The notes: generated by a model from the sequence alone, not told the origin. Positions 1-15,166 are shown, counted from the first letter of the stretch. The stretch: 64,000 nucleotides of DNA from Eledone cirrhosa (GCA_964016885.1 OZ024744.1:67518001-67582000), one strand, 5' to 3'. Numbers and translations are program-made.

Positions 1-1031
1 GGCAGGCTTTCCCGCACCTCGTCTAGCTGACGGAGCTGCAGTCCTGGGTCAAGAGAAGACCGAAAACGATGGGCGCCTAGCACAATAAATGCGCTCAGGC
101 GCTCACAGTCCTCTGGCAAGCGGGTACAGCAATCAGTGGAGACTCCACTTCGACATTCTATAGAGGGATTGTACGTTATAAGGGCGACGACGTGCTCGGA
201 GAGATTCTGGGGGTCGAAGACGATGAGCTCTCCAGTCTGTTTGGTAGGACTTTCCGCCCGGGACCTATGGACAACTTCCAGAAGTCCCTGGACTGCCAGT
301 GCTACCGAGGAGCTCTACCGGTTCGTGACAAGATCTACGGGCACGGACGCCCCGGCAGAGATCCTTCCAAGAGGACGTGTCCAAGATGCGCGCAGGACAT
401 TGAAACAGTCCTGCACGCAATTGTACACTGCGCGGGCGTAACCGACCTGTGGAACTATGCAGAACAACTGCTGTCGCGTATGGGACAAATCCAGTTGACT
501 GCTGAGTCCATAGTAAGGATCAAACCACCAGACTCTTTCAAAAACGAAAGAGAGGCGGTTTTCCTCTGTACGGTGGCTATGGTGAAAGAAGTTATATGGT
601 GAGCGAGGTTGAGAGAACTGAGGACAGATGCCTTTCTCTCCGGACGACAATTGATTCCCTTCTTTAAGTATCACTCTAGAAGGAAAATCAGAGTGGAGAG
701 AGAGGCACTGCACCCCAGTGAATTTACTGAAAGGTGGGTTAATGTGGCAAAAATGGCCCGAGTGATTGGGCCTTCTCTGTTTATAAGCCTGTAGGTTAAA
801 GAAGAGAGCAAAAGGAAGAAAGGAGCACTTGCACAACACGCTCCTGAAGTTGAGGGTTGTTCTATCGACGGGGTATTAAACAACTCATTTGTGCCGCCTC
901 CCCCCTATTGGGTATTTCGATTGTTATAATTGTTTGTTTTATATTTTTTACACGACTGTATGTAAAATCCCTGGCATGTCTTTGTATTGTCCCCTTTTCT
1001 TGTGCGCCCTTGTGGCTAATAAAGAAATATA
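1..1031 (+). mobile_element. 3' part of an L1/Tx1-type LINE (ORF2 C-terminus with in-frame stops, plus 3' UTR); relative of the element at 41757-47580
   Basis: The translation (GRTFRPGPMDNFQKSL..CYRGALPVRDK..CPRC..ETVLHAIVHC) aligns with the ORF2 C-terminus in 45595..47304. Both copies end GTGGCTAATAAAGAAATATA followed by TCTA-type sequence. Confidence 0.9.
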
Positions 1032-1273
1032 TCTATCTGTTGGTCTATCTATTTATCGATATCTTCACCACACATTTGACATTGTTAATGTCAAATGTGT
1101 GGTGCTATTTATGTCCAACAGATATTACCCATTCGAATATCTATACCTTACTTTTAAAAATCTGATGGGGATTGATGCCAGGAAGGATATACAACTATAC
1201 AACTCTGTTTCAAATGGTATCTTGCAATTCCTGCCTGCATGGAAAAATTGACTCAAAAGTGAAGATAATATAT

Positions 1274-2721
<1,448 letters not shown>

Positions 2722-2737
2722 AAGAATCAAAGAACTG

Positions 2738-2783
<46 letters not shown>

Positions 2784-2960
2784 AAGGCGTGTGGCTGAGT
2801 GGTTAGAGAATTGGATTCACAATCGTGGGGTTGTGAGTTCTATTCCTGAACCTGGCGATGCGTTATGTCCTTGAGCAAGACACTTTATTTCACGTTGCTC
2901 CTTCTACCTGGAGTTGCGACCGATAGATAGTATTAGCAATTGGAAAGACCAACGGAAACA
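2784..2960 (+). mobile_element. tRNA-derived SINE, family B (GTCCTTGAGCAAGACACT central domain); other copies on - at ~15750-15927, ~58185-58295, ~60280-60452
   Basis: A-box-like TGGCTGAGTGG, B-box-like GTTCTATTCC, and a central domain shared with the other copies. Confidence 0.7.
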
Positions 2961-3000
2961 TACTTTCCTCGGTCCAATTTGACTAAAAGTCGATCGACTA

Positions 3001-3046
<46 letters not shown>

Positions 3047-3739
3047 GGGAACCACACAGCCCGCTTCGTTTCTTGTAATATTGTATTTATCGCTGTGACC
3101 CCCCCCCCCTCTATCGGTTTTGCTCAATTTGTCGTCCCACCACGCTTTCATATCGACTCTCTCTTTCTCTCTCTCATTCTCTCCTTCTCTTTCTCTCTAT
3201 CCATCCGCACGTTTTCGACCGTGCAGATGGACACATGTCGTAAAACCCTTTTGGATTATCTCCCTTTCCCTTCTCCCTCTCACTTCCGGTTTCTCCGTCT
3301 TTCTCTCTCTCACTCTCTCTACACTCACTTTGCTGAGATCGCACTGAAAAATATCGCTCCGTAGTTATTTGACCCCAGGACAATCGGTTCGTTGTAACTT
3401 ATTCTATTTTCTCCTCGGTTACTCACTTGCATGTGCCATTGTCCTGTGTCCCCCTCCACTCGGTTTGCTTACGGCGTTTTTTCCTCTTTCCTTTTTTCTC
3501 TTTCTTCCTCTCTTTCTTCACTATTTTTTTCTTTTCTTTCCGTCACGGCCTTTTGATCGATAATAGGCCTTGGGCATGTTGCTGATTGATTTCGATGTCC
3601 TCTTTTAAGCGCCGAAATATCTATGATCGCATTTAACAGCGATGAAGGGTTTCGTCTCTCGTTTACGTCCATATTACTATATATATATATAAACATTCGT
3701 TGTACTGCCTCTCTGTTTTGTCCCTGTTCAAATGTTTCC

Positions 3740-3828
<89 letters not shown>

Positions 3829-3834
<6 letters not shown>

Positions 3835-4180
3835 GAAAACAAAAAATCAGTGATGCATCTGATTTATTGTGTTACAATTGTTTCGCCAGCGGACAGCTCG
3901 AGACGCAATCATTGTGTGGATCTGTCTGATTCTGAACCCGCAGATTCGACGGACACGTCTAATGATTTCGGACCATATTCTCTCAGTGAGAGAATCAGAC
4001 AGATCCACACAATGATCGCGTCTCGAGCTGTCCGCCGGCGAAACAATTGTAACACACGATAAATTGAGTTCAGATGCATCACTGATTTTTCGTTTTCTAT
4101 TCTATCATACTCTGCTCTGTAAGAGCATAGAGTGCTCAACCGGCATACCGCCTATGGAAGCATCTTAGCTACCATCAGAC
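3829..4180 (+). mobile_element. Fold-back element: arms 3829-3933 and 3991-4103, tail 4104-4180 with ACTC...GAGTGCT hairpin, half-hammerhead GAAACAATTGTA at 4040-4051
   Basis: The inverted arms are directly visible. The element lies between a (TA)n(GA)n tract and a (TA)n tract, and its tail motif is shared with other fold-back elements. Confidence 0.75.
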
Positions 4181-4773
4181 ATATATATATATAGCAGAAT
4201 GGTCTGGCATTGCTCGGGATTCTAAACATAGATTGGCATGTTTATCCCTCCTTTCTGAAACAGTAGAGAGAAGAACGGAATACCTCGGCCTCGGGATGGT
4301 GTCTACATTTTGTGCTTATAAAAATAATTCGTCGCAGATTACCAGGGGTTTAACTTAATTGGGTGCCTGAAAGTAAAATGTTCAACCCACGAAAGCCAAG
4401 AGTTAAGTAAAAAGGCATTCAACAAACCGAACATGTATTTGTTGTGCTATGGTACAATGAAAGCAATAGTTACAGAGCAGTAAGCATGTGGGACTGCAGT
4501 GGTGGAGAGTGGTGTTTTCTTACTCCTTTCAATGTTCCGTCGTATCTTCACCAATTGATGCAGAAGTCCTAATAAAAAGTGAAGTCGCCTTGGGTGAATA
4601 GGCAAATAATTTTCCATTACGATTTTTCAAAAGCATGTAATTGCGTTCCCTCTCTTTTTTGTTGTTTTTGCTGTTGTTGGTCTGATAGCAGCCGTTGGTC
4701 GTACTAATAACACAGTCTCGTCCTTCTTCAGCCAATCGTGTATATCCCCTTCTGCCTCGTCTACCTAAAAAAT

Positions 4774-6563
4774 ACCTAAGGGAAATGAAACAGGACATGA
4801 ACTGTGCCATGCACAACTCTGACGAAGACTTTGAACCATTTAACATGGAAGAGCTGCATGTAGCTATGAAACACCTTAAACCCGAGAAGGCAGCCGGCCT
4901 GGATGGCATCATAGTGGAGGTGATACTGCAATTTGGAGAAATGGTGAAAACATGGCTCCTGTCGCTCTTTAACAACTGTGCATCAGCCTGTCAAATACCA
5001 AGGATATGGAGAAGAGCTAGAGTTGTGGCTCTTTTGAAACCAGGCAAAGACCCGGCATCTCCAAAGAGCTACCGACCAATATCCTTTATGTGCACCCTTT
5101 ACAAATTATACGAGCGCATGATCATGGCTCGCTTGTCCCCTACTGTAGAAGAACATCTATCTCCAGACCAGGCTGGCTTCCGACCCGGCCGATCATGCTG
5201 CGTCAAGTACTGAACTTGACTCAATACATCGAGGATGGATTTGAGGCCAAACAAATTACCGGAGCAGTCTTTGTCGACCTCACAGCTGCCTATGATACCG
5301 TGAGTCACGGAGCACTTACTTCTTTTAAAGGTGGCCCAAACAGTTCGGAACACCACTGCAGTCCACATAATTGTGTCACTGCTCATCAATCGGCGATTCT
5401 TTGTTGAGATGGATGGCAGGCGAAGTAGGTGGAGGGTCCAGACAACGGACTCCCACAGGGCTCTGTGCTGGCCCCTATGTTGTTCAACATTTACACAAAT
5501 GACCAGCCGCTGTTCCACAATATTCGTAGATTCATGTATGCGGATGATCTCTGCATCGCAACACAGTCAGGCTCTTTTGACACAATCGAGGAAATACTCT
5601 CGAATGCCCTGACAACTCTCTCTGCATACTACATAAAAATGGTACCTTAACGCTAATGCCAGCAAAACGCAGGTGTGTGCCTTCCATCTTAACAACCACC
5701 AAGCAAACAGGAAACTAAAAATCAGATGGGGCAACAATGAACTGGAAATCCACCCTCATCCAGTTTACCTCGGAGTTGCCCTTGATAGAACGCTCTTCTT
5801 CAAACAACACATAGACAAACTTAAAAGTCAACTGGCAACTAGAAATAATCTCCTCAGCAAACTAACCAACACCAGCTGGGGTGCAGATCCCATAACACTG
5901 AGGCAAACAGCACTGGCACTCTGCTACTCCACCACAGAATATTGTTCACCAGTATGGACAAGGCCGTTCCATGCAAACAGAGTTGAACAAATCATGCCGG
6001 ATGATCACCGGAACATTAAAAGCAACTCCCCTTCCAGCCGTATATACTCTTGCCGGCATTCCACCGCCCCACATACGACGAGAGGTCAACGCAAAAAACT
6101 GAACGGTACAAACAACACGATCCCAGGCATCCACTCTATGGCCACCAGGAAATCTGAAGATGATTAAAATCTCAAAAAAGCTTCTTAACCGTGGATAGCC
6201 TGGAGCATGCACAATCGGCGGCTTACAGGTTGGAAAAGTGGAGGGAGAGTGACCGCCGCCCACCCAACGCGGCCTTACCAAGCCCAAATGAAAGCTTCCC
6301 CAATGGAACATCTCTTAGCAGAAAGGACTGGGTAACCCTAAACCGGGCCAGAGCCAAAACGGGCAAAACTGGAGACAACCTCCACAAGTGGGGATTGGCC
6401 ACCTGCGCTGAGGACCCCCGCGGCGGGACCTCCCAGACCATAGCCCACATCCTACGTGGGTGCTCACTGGGCCCCACATGATCCGACCAAGACCTGATGG
6501 AAGCAAACGACGCTGCACTTCAATGGATACGACACTGGTGCGACAAGATATGATGATGATGAG
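4774..6563 (+). mobile_element. 5'-truncated, frameshifted non-LTR retrotransposon RT (Vingi/Ingi-like; clade tentative) nested in the Helitron
   Basis: RT motifs KAAGLDG, SYRPIS, QAGFRPGRS, FVDLTAAYDTV, GLPQGSVLAP and YADD, then ALALCYSTTEYCSPVW and a (GAT)n tail. A 9-bp TSD CTAAAAAAT lies at 4765-4773 and 6564-6572. Confidence 0.9.
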
Positions 6564-6574
6564 CTAAAAAATGA

Positions 6575-9330
6575 TTGTAACACCTCCTTGTACACAATGT
6601 TCTTTGTTCTTCCGTGTCAGGCATATGCAAAGAGATTTGTCTTGCTTCCCACTCTTGAGCAGCCAACTTATAGTTGCCCGTGTGAAAAACATGACTCTTC
6701 CAAAAGAAGACCAGCAACAGCCCTGGGATTTGTTGATAGACATTGCAAAGCTGATACGAATTGGAAATTGAAGTCTCCGAAAGGAAAATGGAATGGCCGC
6801 TCCTCTGGAATGAGAGGAACTCGTGGAATGAATACATCGCCCCCTTGTCCACTTCCTGAAAGAATAGTAGCCTCGATAAGATGGGGCAGCAATGTTTTTA
6901 CAACCAGTCGTGTGCCGTTGCATAGCTTTGGTGGCTCCAGATTCCGAAGCAGCATTATTGGAATTCCTTTCTTGAGTCGTAAGGTGGAGGAAGACCTGGA
7001 GGGTCCAATGAGTTCAGAAATTCGGTGGGATAGTTTACCGCCTCATTATGATCTATCATTGTGTCAATGGACTTGCATATGTGAAGATGCCCTGGCAGAG
7101 ACAGCGTTAGCTGGTCGTTCAGCTTGTTAACGGCGGTGTTCTTTGGAGCCAATATTGTCCTATCGCACAACCAGTTATGGTTACGGAAGTTTTCTTGCAA
7201 ATTTGAGCTCCTCGATAGACGAAACTACGGTACAAAGTGACCAGATCTCCATTTCCCCTGCCGCGTTAACAGGCACACTACCATCGCCAAGTGCCAAAAC
7301 ATCGTTAGCAAACTGGGAAGACAGTTGGTCACCGTGAAGTCGAGCTCTCATATTAGTGGAAAGAGTGAGAGTTGTAAAATATCGCCATAACGGTAAGGAC
7401 TTAAGGCACGCTTGTACTTCATCTGCCCTTGTGCCTTTAGGAATGACAGGAAGAGTCTGCCTGAAGTCACCAGGTAACAGAAGCGTTGCACCGCCCATTG
7501 GAGCCTGACAGTTTCTGATGTCCATCAGGGCTCTATCTAATTCCTCTAGGCCTCCTCTGTGAGCCATAGTGCACTCATCCAATACGATAAGAATACACCG
7601 TCGGAACTTGGTCGGAACTTTTACTGATGTTGCAGGAATGCGTCTCAGAGGACGCTAAATTCAAGGGTAGTTGGGTAGTTTAAATGTGGAGTGCGCTGTT
7701 CTATCGCCTGGCAGCAAAGTAGCAGCAATCCCAGATGAGGCTGCAGCTAACGTGATGTCTCCGTGTTGTCTAACTTTCGCGAGGAGGACTTTGGTTAAAC
7801 ATGTTTTCCCAGTACCACCAGATGCATCCAAGAAGAATATGCCGCCGGATCGACGGCGCACGTTGTCAACAATACTGTTGTAAGCATTGCGTTGGTCTGG
7901 GAGCAGTTGTGGTTCCATTTCATTGACGTATTGGGTAAGAGCAGCTATGTCGTAAGACGTTTCCCGGTAGAACAGCTGTGGGAAGTGTGTCTAATCCTGA
8001 CTGGAGTGTTTTGGGCAGACCGTATGTGGGCAAATCATTTCCACCAAGTGCAACAATCCTGTCCTCTAGGTCAATTAGTGTTCGATTGTAAACCTCTTTA
8101 TTGGTGCCTTCCATATCGGGGTACTGCAATAGTGCCTGATGTCTGTAGTCTTCCGAAAGGTCATCCCTATACTTAAGCCACAAAGAGTTTGGATTACCCA
8201 GTTCGCACGTTTGAAGTAATACGGCAAACAGAGCCCGTAGACGTTGAGGTGATTGCGAAGTAACAGCCTCGAATAATGTGTCATCCCACTGTGCACCATC
8301 TTCCAGCAGACCATTTTGAAGCAGGCTTCCCTGTATGTGCCGCATACACAATCGTTGGTTGTTCGAAGGTCCTGGAAAGACTGCGGTCTCCTTACTTCAT
8401 GGAGCAGCAGACGGAGGTAGAAGCATTTGTGGTGATTCGGGTGGACGGTGTAAACTCTTCCAAGACAACTGTCAAACTTTATGCCGGGATGCCCATCAAC
8501 AGGTTGGACTGCCCTTCTGCGCACCCATTTTCTTGTCTACGTGTAGTAGGACGGCACTTGAGCGTCCTGACAAAGCTTGAAAAAGACGGTGAGGGTGGTT
8601 TCCCGTGGTTCCACCACCATTTGACCATTTTCCAAGTGAACTGCAAGCTGCTAAATCGAAGGGTGCCTTTGGTGTATGGGAAAGCCGAAAATGCGCCAGG
8701 CCTCGTTGCTGCTGATGTAACGGCCGACTTGATATTGCGTAACCTCATCCTGGCCGTTGTCCTGTTGAAGGCCGAACATTGCAGCATCTGAACCCTTATT
8801 TACATACTTGCATATATATACTTAATCGACCTGACTGAATTGCAGAACTCCATATTGATGTGGGCATTGAAGGTCTTGGATATCAGTGGGCAGTACGGCA
8901 CTATCCATCTGTTGTCAACTTCATGCTTTCCAACTGCTGCATTAAAACCACAATCGCCGGGTTTACGTCACCTGTAAAGTGGATATCCGTCAATGCCAGT
9001 CTGGGTTTCTGGTAGAAACATCCTCGGAAACCGTTTGCTGCATATACTGTCTTTCAAGCAAGGTGAGTTTGAATTAAAACCACGTCCACGGGGGTCGTGC
9101 ACCATATTTGTATTACTATGTTGTGGAGGTATTTGTCGGTAGATGGATCAGGGATTTCGGCGGAGATGATTTTGTCAATGTCTTTGGAACTGATCTTAGT
9201 GAACAGCCAAATGAGGATATGAACATGGGGGTTTCGCCTGACCACTGTTTAGCAATACAAAAAGAGCACGATTTTGACATACTCCCCAGTATCATGTCTG
9301 AGTGGCCTCCATAGTGGAAGTCGGAGTTGT
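6575..9330 (-). pseudogene. Helitron Rep/PIF1 helicase (RepHel), multiply frameshifted
   Basis: HUH motif PHVHILIWL, GYPLYR, PIF1 motifs GGTGKT, DECTMAHR, GDFRQTLPV, ILAPKN, LCNGTRL, FAMSINKSQG and FSHGQL. Confidence 0.92.
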
Positions 9331-10341
9331 ACTCAAAGGCTTTGAAGGCCCATTGTGAGCTGCATGGCTTTGAAATGTCCTGCCTAAAGGCTCTTTGTTG
9401 AACATTACTTTCTAGTTGATTATCTCGTTCTTGCGAGATCTGTGTAGCTCACGCAGCAACAGTGTTCGCAGCATCATCACTCCGACGTCTACTACCCTGG
9501 TCTTCTGTCTCGGTAGCTCGTGCAGCAGATGTTGATGTAGCATCAGCGGTTCGACGAATGGTTCGTTGGTTGTCTGTTTCAAGTGCTCTTCTGGTGACAG
9601 TACGTTCAGCATTTTGCGACCGTTGAATAGCAGATTCCACCGACGAATTCGGTTGCCCGCCTTGTTCTTTTTCTTGTCGCTTTCGCAGGACGAAGTACAC
9701 TAAGACTAACTGGTAGAGTAAGTAATAAACTCGTCAGTGATGCATGTGATTTCAGAAGCGTTGACTATGTAATTGCTGGCCTTGTTTGTTTATATTTTGT
9801 TTTTGTGTATGCAAAAATATCTGTACACGAATATATATATTAAAATAACAGATTAAAGTTTAAGCAAAGAATCGCTGAGTTCACCCTTAACGGGATCTTC
9901 TGAAACTAAAAGAATCAATCTGTGAACGCAGAAGTAAATATTTCGAAAAACGTTGCAACCGAAGGAAAACAGGAAGACGATATTTTGGTTCGTGAAGACA
10001 ATGAACGGCAATGAACGGAAAAAAACGAAGATAATACGTCAGCAATGAGAATGATATTTGCTCAATGTTTTCATAATGTCGTAATGCAGACAGCCAGACA
10101 TACAGACAGATATTATAAGGGCGTGACGTTATAGCTATGTATCTATCTAAAAAAGATAGACTAAGAAAGAGAGAGATCGCTAACCGGTGCCTAATGCGGT
10201 ACCTAGGGCGTTGAAAATTTGAAATATTTTTTACTCAAAATTTTCACAGGGCCATACGTATTCCATGTGTAAAGTTTGAAAAGAATAGGTTGGGTAGTTC
10301 TCGAGTTTTAGGAAAACAGACAGACAGACATTCTCTGTTTT

Positions 10342-10417
<76 letters not shown>

Positions 10418-10529
10418 ATTATTATTAGATATGTAAGCTATCGCCGTATTTTGACTAAAGAATTTAAAGAAATTATTTAGCCTGATAGTGGGGTTAAGAA
10501 CCCTCGGAGAAATGGAAAAAGATGAGTAT

Positions 10530-10601
10530 TGACGTACATGGGAGTCGAACCCACATCTTTGGTTATCCGGACCACTGTGATACCATTTACACCAACACAT
10601 C
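10530..10601 (-). tRNA. Mirror copy of the tRNA-like cloverleaf
   Basis: Exact reverse complement of 10606-10677. Confidence 0.7.
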
Positions 10602-10605
10602 ATGT

Positions 10606-10677
10606 GATGTGTTGGTGTAAATGGTATCACAGTGGTCCGGATAACCAAAGATGTGGGTTCGACTCCCATGTACGTCA
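10606..10677 (+). tRNA. tRNA-like cloverleaf (pseudo-tRNA or SINE head; loop CC-GGA-TA lacks U33), followed by TTTTT at 10687-10691
   Basis: Acceptor GATGTGT/GTACGTC, D-arm GTG..CAC with A box TGGTGTAAATGG, anticodon stem TGGT/ACCA, T-arm GTGGG-TTCGACT-CCCAT (B box). Spacing is the canonical 72 nt. Confidence 0.7.
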
Positions 10678-10904
10678 ATACTCATCTTTTTCCATTTCTC
10701 CGAGGGTTCTTAACCCCACTATCAGGCTAAATAATTTCTTTAATTTCTTTAGTCAAAATACGGCGATAGCTTACATTTCTAATAATTTCAAACCCACTCG
10801 CTGTTTCGAAAATATTCCTATATATACATATAGTGCAAATTTATACGGGAACAAAACAGAGAGGCAGACAAAGAAAGGTTTATTAGTTTCACGATATATA
10901 TATA

Positions 10905-11527
10905 TACTAGCTAAACTACCCGTACTTTGGACGGTTCAAGTAGCTTTCGATGTAGCTCGTTAAACTAAACAAAGTAAATTTGAGAAAAACGTACTTTATG
11001 TAAACATGAAAACCTTAGGCACTATTCCAGCGAAATAATTTTAGATAAATTTAAGCATAATATTGTAAAAGTTATGACATCACTTAATGTATGAACATCA
11101 AGCTTGAAACGATAAATTATACAATGTCAAATCTATAACTTAACTTAGTAATCTGTTAGCAATTGCTGGTTGTGAAATATACAAAATGATATTGTTAGTC
11201 TCAATATTTAGTCTCTTTGTTTCAAGTACAAAGAGTAAATTAAAATCCGAATGAGCCGAATTACGAAAGATAACTCTTGTCTTACTTAATCACGAAAATT
11301 CACACAAATAACCAGAATTTGTTAATGTCTCCAAAGGCCCCAATATCGATTTTGAAAGCCTTTGTAGATCATGTACAGGTTTTGTGCAAGGAGAAGCTCT
11401 GTAAAAAATTTCAAAGAAATCGCATGAATGGTTTAGAATATATGAGCCCTCATTAAAAATTGTCCACACACATATACACATACATACAGAAAACTACAGA
11501 TTTATATATACAGAGATTTATATATAC

Positions 11528-11530
<3 letters not shown>
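10905..11530. mobile_element. Non-autonomous Helentron-associated (HINE-like) element in (TA)n
   Basis: Starts TACTAGCTAAACTACCCGTACTTTGGACGG, with a subterminal hairpin. Ends with AAATTTCAAAGAAATCG...(ACAT)n..GATTTATATATACAGA. Architecture matches the ends of 4190-10342. Confidence 0.55.
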
Positions 11531-11588
<58 letters not shown>

Positions 11589-11593
11589 TATAT

Positions 11594-12949
<1,356 letters not shown>

Positions 12950-13290
12950 ATACATATATATTTCTCAGATAGGCATTGGAGGAATAACATCAAAATCTGC
13001 CCAAGACATATTGCACATTAACAAAAGATTACACAATAGTTGTCTGGTGAGGTCATATCTATTACATAATAGATACCACTGAAATATACATAACAGTAAC
13101 AAAGTATTCAATAACCATTTTTCCATCTTTGTATGGGTTAGATGGGTCCTCCACCTTGGGAGACAAGTCTCTCCAGAATTGGCCATGCTGTACTTTGCTC
13201 CACCGAATTTGGCCAAGGATTTTACAGCTGGATGCCCTTCCTAAAACCAGCCACATATACAGCGAGTGTGGAACTATATATATATATATA

Positions 13291-14030
13291 AATGTAATCA
13301 GAGTTTTTCGAATATTAATAATTGTTTCTACTTTAGGCACAAGGCCAGCAATCACCCAGTGTATTACTGGTACTTTATTTTATCGACCCCGTAAGGATGA
13401 AAGGCAAAGTCAACCTCGGCGGGATTTGAACTCAGATCGTAAAGGGACGTAACTATGCTGGAAAGCATGGCGTGCGACCCTCTACCGATACTGCCATAAT
13501 AACATTCGATTCGTTTGCAATTATGCAAACAAGCCTCATTTTTAAAGCTATGTCAGTAGAATGAACCCTTCATTCTTTCTTGCTCTTGTGTTGGCATGTA
13601 AACATTTTTTTTATTTGAATGTGGCAAAGCCAGCCATTTGTCACTCGTATATAGGAAACTGACTGGCCAGTCTGCTGATATTCAAATCTGGCTGATCAGT
13701 GGATCTGCTAATATGCAGATTTGACTGATCAGCCAGTATGCTAATATGCAAATCAGGCCAATCAGTCACTGTATATTTTAGAAAATAGCAAATATTTTTA
13801 CTTGCTCTGATAGTTGGCAGGTGAACAGTGAGCTGTACTGATGAGCTGTACTGATGAAACATTAGTGTCTGCAGTTCTGTTTACATGCCAACACAAGAGC
13901 AAGAATGAAGGGTTCATTCTACTGATATGGCTTTAAAAATGAGGCTTGTTTTTATAATTGCAAATGAATCGAATGTTATTATTAATATTCGAAAAACTCA
14001 GATTACATTTATTGTATTCAGTCATATAGA

Positions 14031-14035
<5 letters not shown>
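13291..14035. mobile_element. Inverted-repeat element between (TA)n tracts: left arm 13291-13605 (interrupted by a SINE), right arm 13878-14009
   Basis: 13291-13320 pairs with 13978-14009, and 13497-13605 pairs with 13878-13983. Confidence 0.75.
13318..13497 (-). mobile_element. tRNA-derived SINE, family A (~190 bp)
   Basis: B box GAGTTCAAATCC, central GCCTTTCATCCTTACGGGGTCGATAAAATAAAGTACCAGT (resembles the Meta/Sauria-type domain), 3' end AGAAACAATTATTA. Confidence 0.85.
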
Positions 14036-14103
<68 letters not shown>

Positions 14104-14105
<2 letters not shown>

Positions 14106-14302
14106 CGAACGAAATGTGGTAAGGAACCAGGTGGACCATAACGCACCAAAGTACTCAAACTTAGGGTAGTAGAGTGGGTAATAGGAACGAGTAGGACCCC
14201 GACGGCTGAGCTCAAGCCGTTTCGACGGCTAATTCTGGACGAGTCCGGAATTAGCCGTCGAAACGGCTTGAGCTCAGCCGTCGGGGTCCTACTCGTTCCT
14301 AT
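14104..14302 (-). mobile_element. Small fold-back element: 60-bp arms 14181-14240 / 14243-14302, tail 14104-14180; carries the 3' half of a hammerhead (GAAACGGCT...AGCCGTC)
   Basis: Palindrome with a 2-bp spacer inside (TA)n. Related fragments lie at 28893-28975 and 39361-39455. Confidence 0.8.
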
Positions 14303-15166
14303 ATATATATATATATATATATATATAGATGTGTGAGACATAAATCATTGTTTTACACACACACTCAAATATATCTACCACAGATAATATAAAAATGAAT
14401 TGTGTTTTTTTTGTAATTCAATATTTTTCTCTTTAAATAGTGATAGGGGCCCTTGGTAAATACCTTGGTTGACACCCTCTCTAATTGGCAGTATTGCACA
14501 CTATACTACTCCTCACATACCTGAGATAGTGCTGGTATTACACACAAATATTCTAGAACTCATAAAAAAAAAGCCATCTGATTAATGGGAAATCCTCCTT
14601 CACCAACATGCTGGCCCACCAGTAAGCTGTATGGAGTATCTCACCTCTCCACCACCTATAATCTGCTCTCTACACCAGTTCCTGCTTCTCTGAACTAACA
14701 CACTATGAACACCCTTTCCCCAGATCCACACAATGCACCCACCCATCGTTCCTATCAACTCATCTCTTCCCCACAAACACAGAACATAAAAAATAAAAAT
14801 ATAAAAGTAGGTTGTTTGACTGTTTGGCTTGTTGGTTGGTTGGTTGGTTGGTTGGTTGGTTGGTTGGTAACTAAATATACCAAGAGGCATTTCGTCAAGT
14901 ACCCTACCAATTCTTCTAGTCCATTCCGTTTTCCCCCTTCCTTATATATTTATAAACACACGATTTAGAATAAACCATTCCAACCAAACTAAATTCTGTG
15001 AAAATTACTGTTATGTTGAACTAAATAATACTAAACATTTGAAATTGAAATAAACATTATGTAAATAGAACTAAACAACTATTATAAAATAAACAAAATT
15101 AATAGAAAAACAAAAATTGTTTCGCTCTTAACATGGTGGATACCTAAATATATTCATGAGTGAAGA

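Larger units (their letters stand above)
4190..10342 (-). mobile_element. Helitron/Helentron-type rolling-circle transposon, degenerate, flanked by (TA)n
   Basis: It contains RepHel fragments on the - strand. One end reads TAGCAGAATGGTCTGGCATTGCTCGGG and the other ...GTAGTTCTCGAGTTTTAGG-(ACAG)n-TTCT, resembling HINE/DINE-1-type termini. The boundaries are inferred. Confidence 0.7.
10421..10820. mobile_element. Fold-back element with 182-bp arms (10421-10602 / 10605-10786, 2-bp spacer) built on a tRNA-like head; short tail to the right
   Basis: Near-perfect palindrome next to (TA)n, centred on the 5' ends of two tRNA-like sequences. Confidence 0.85.

Noticed and set aside
3950-4060. Complete hammerhead in the 3829 element
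   Set aside because: Only the GAAACAATTGTA half is convincing. The upstream CTAATGA lacks a good helix I partner.
10480-10515. Possible hammerhead in the tRNA palindrome (CTGATAG...GAGAAA)
   Set aside because: The core is not CUGANGA, and there is no helix I/III pairing or NUH site.
10606-10677. Functional tRNA-Ser(GGA) gene
   Set aside because: It has no U33, no long variable arm and several G-U pairs in the acceptor stem, so it is treated as tRNA-derived.
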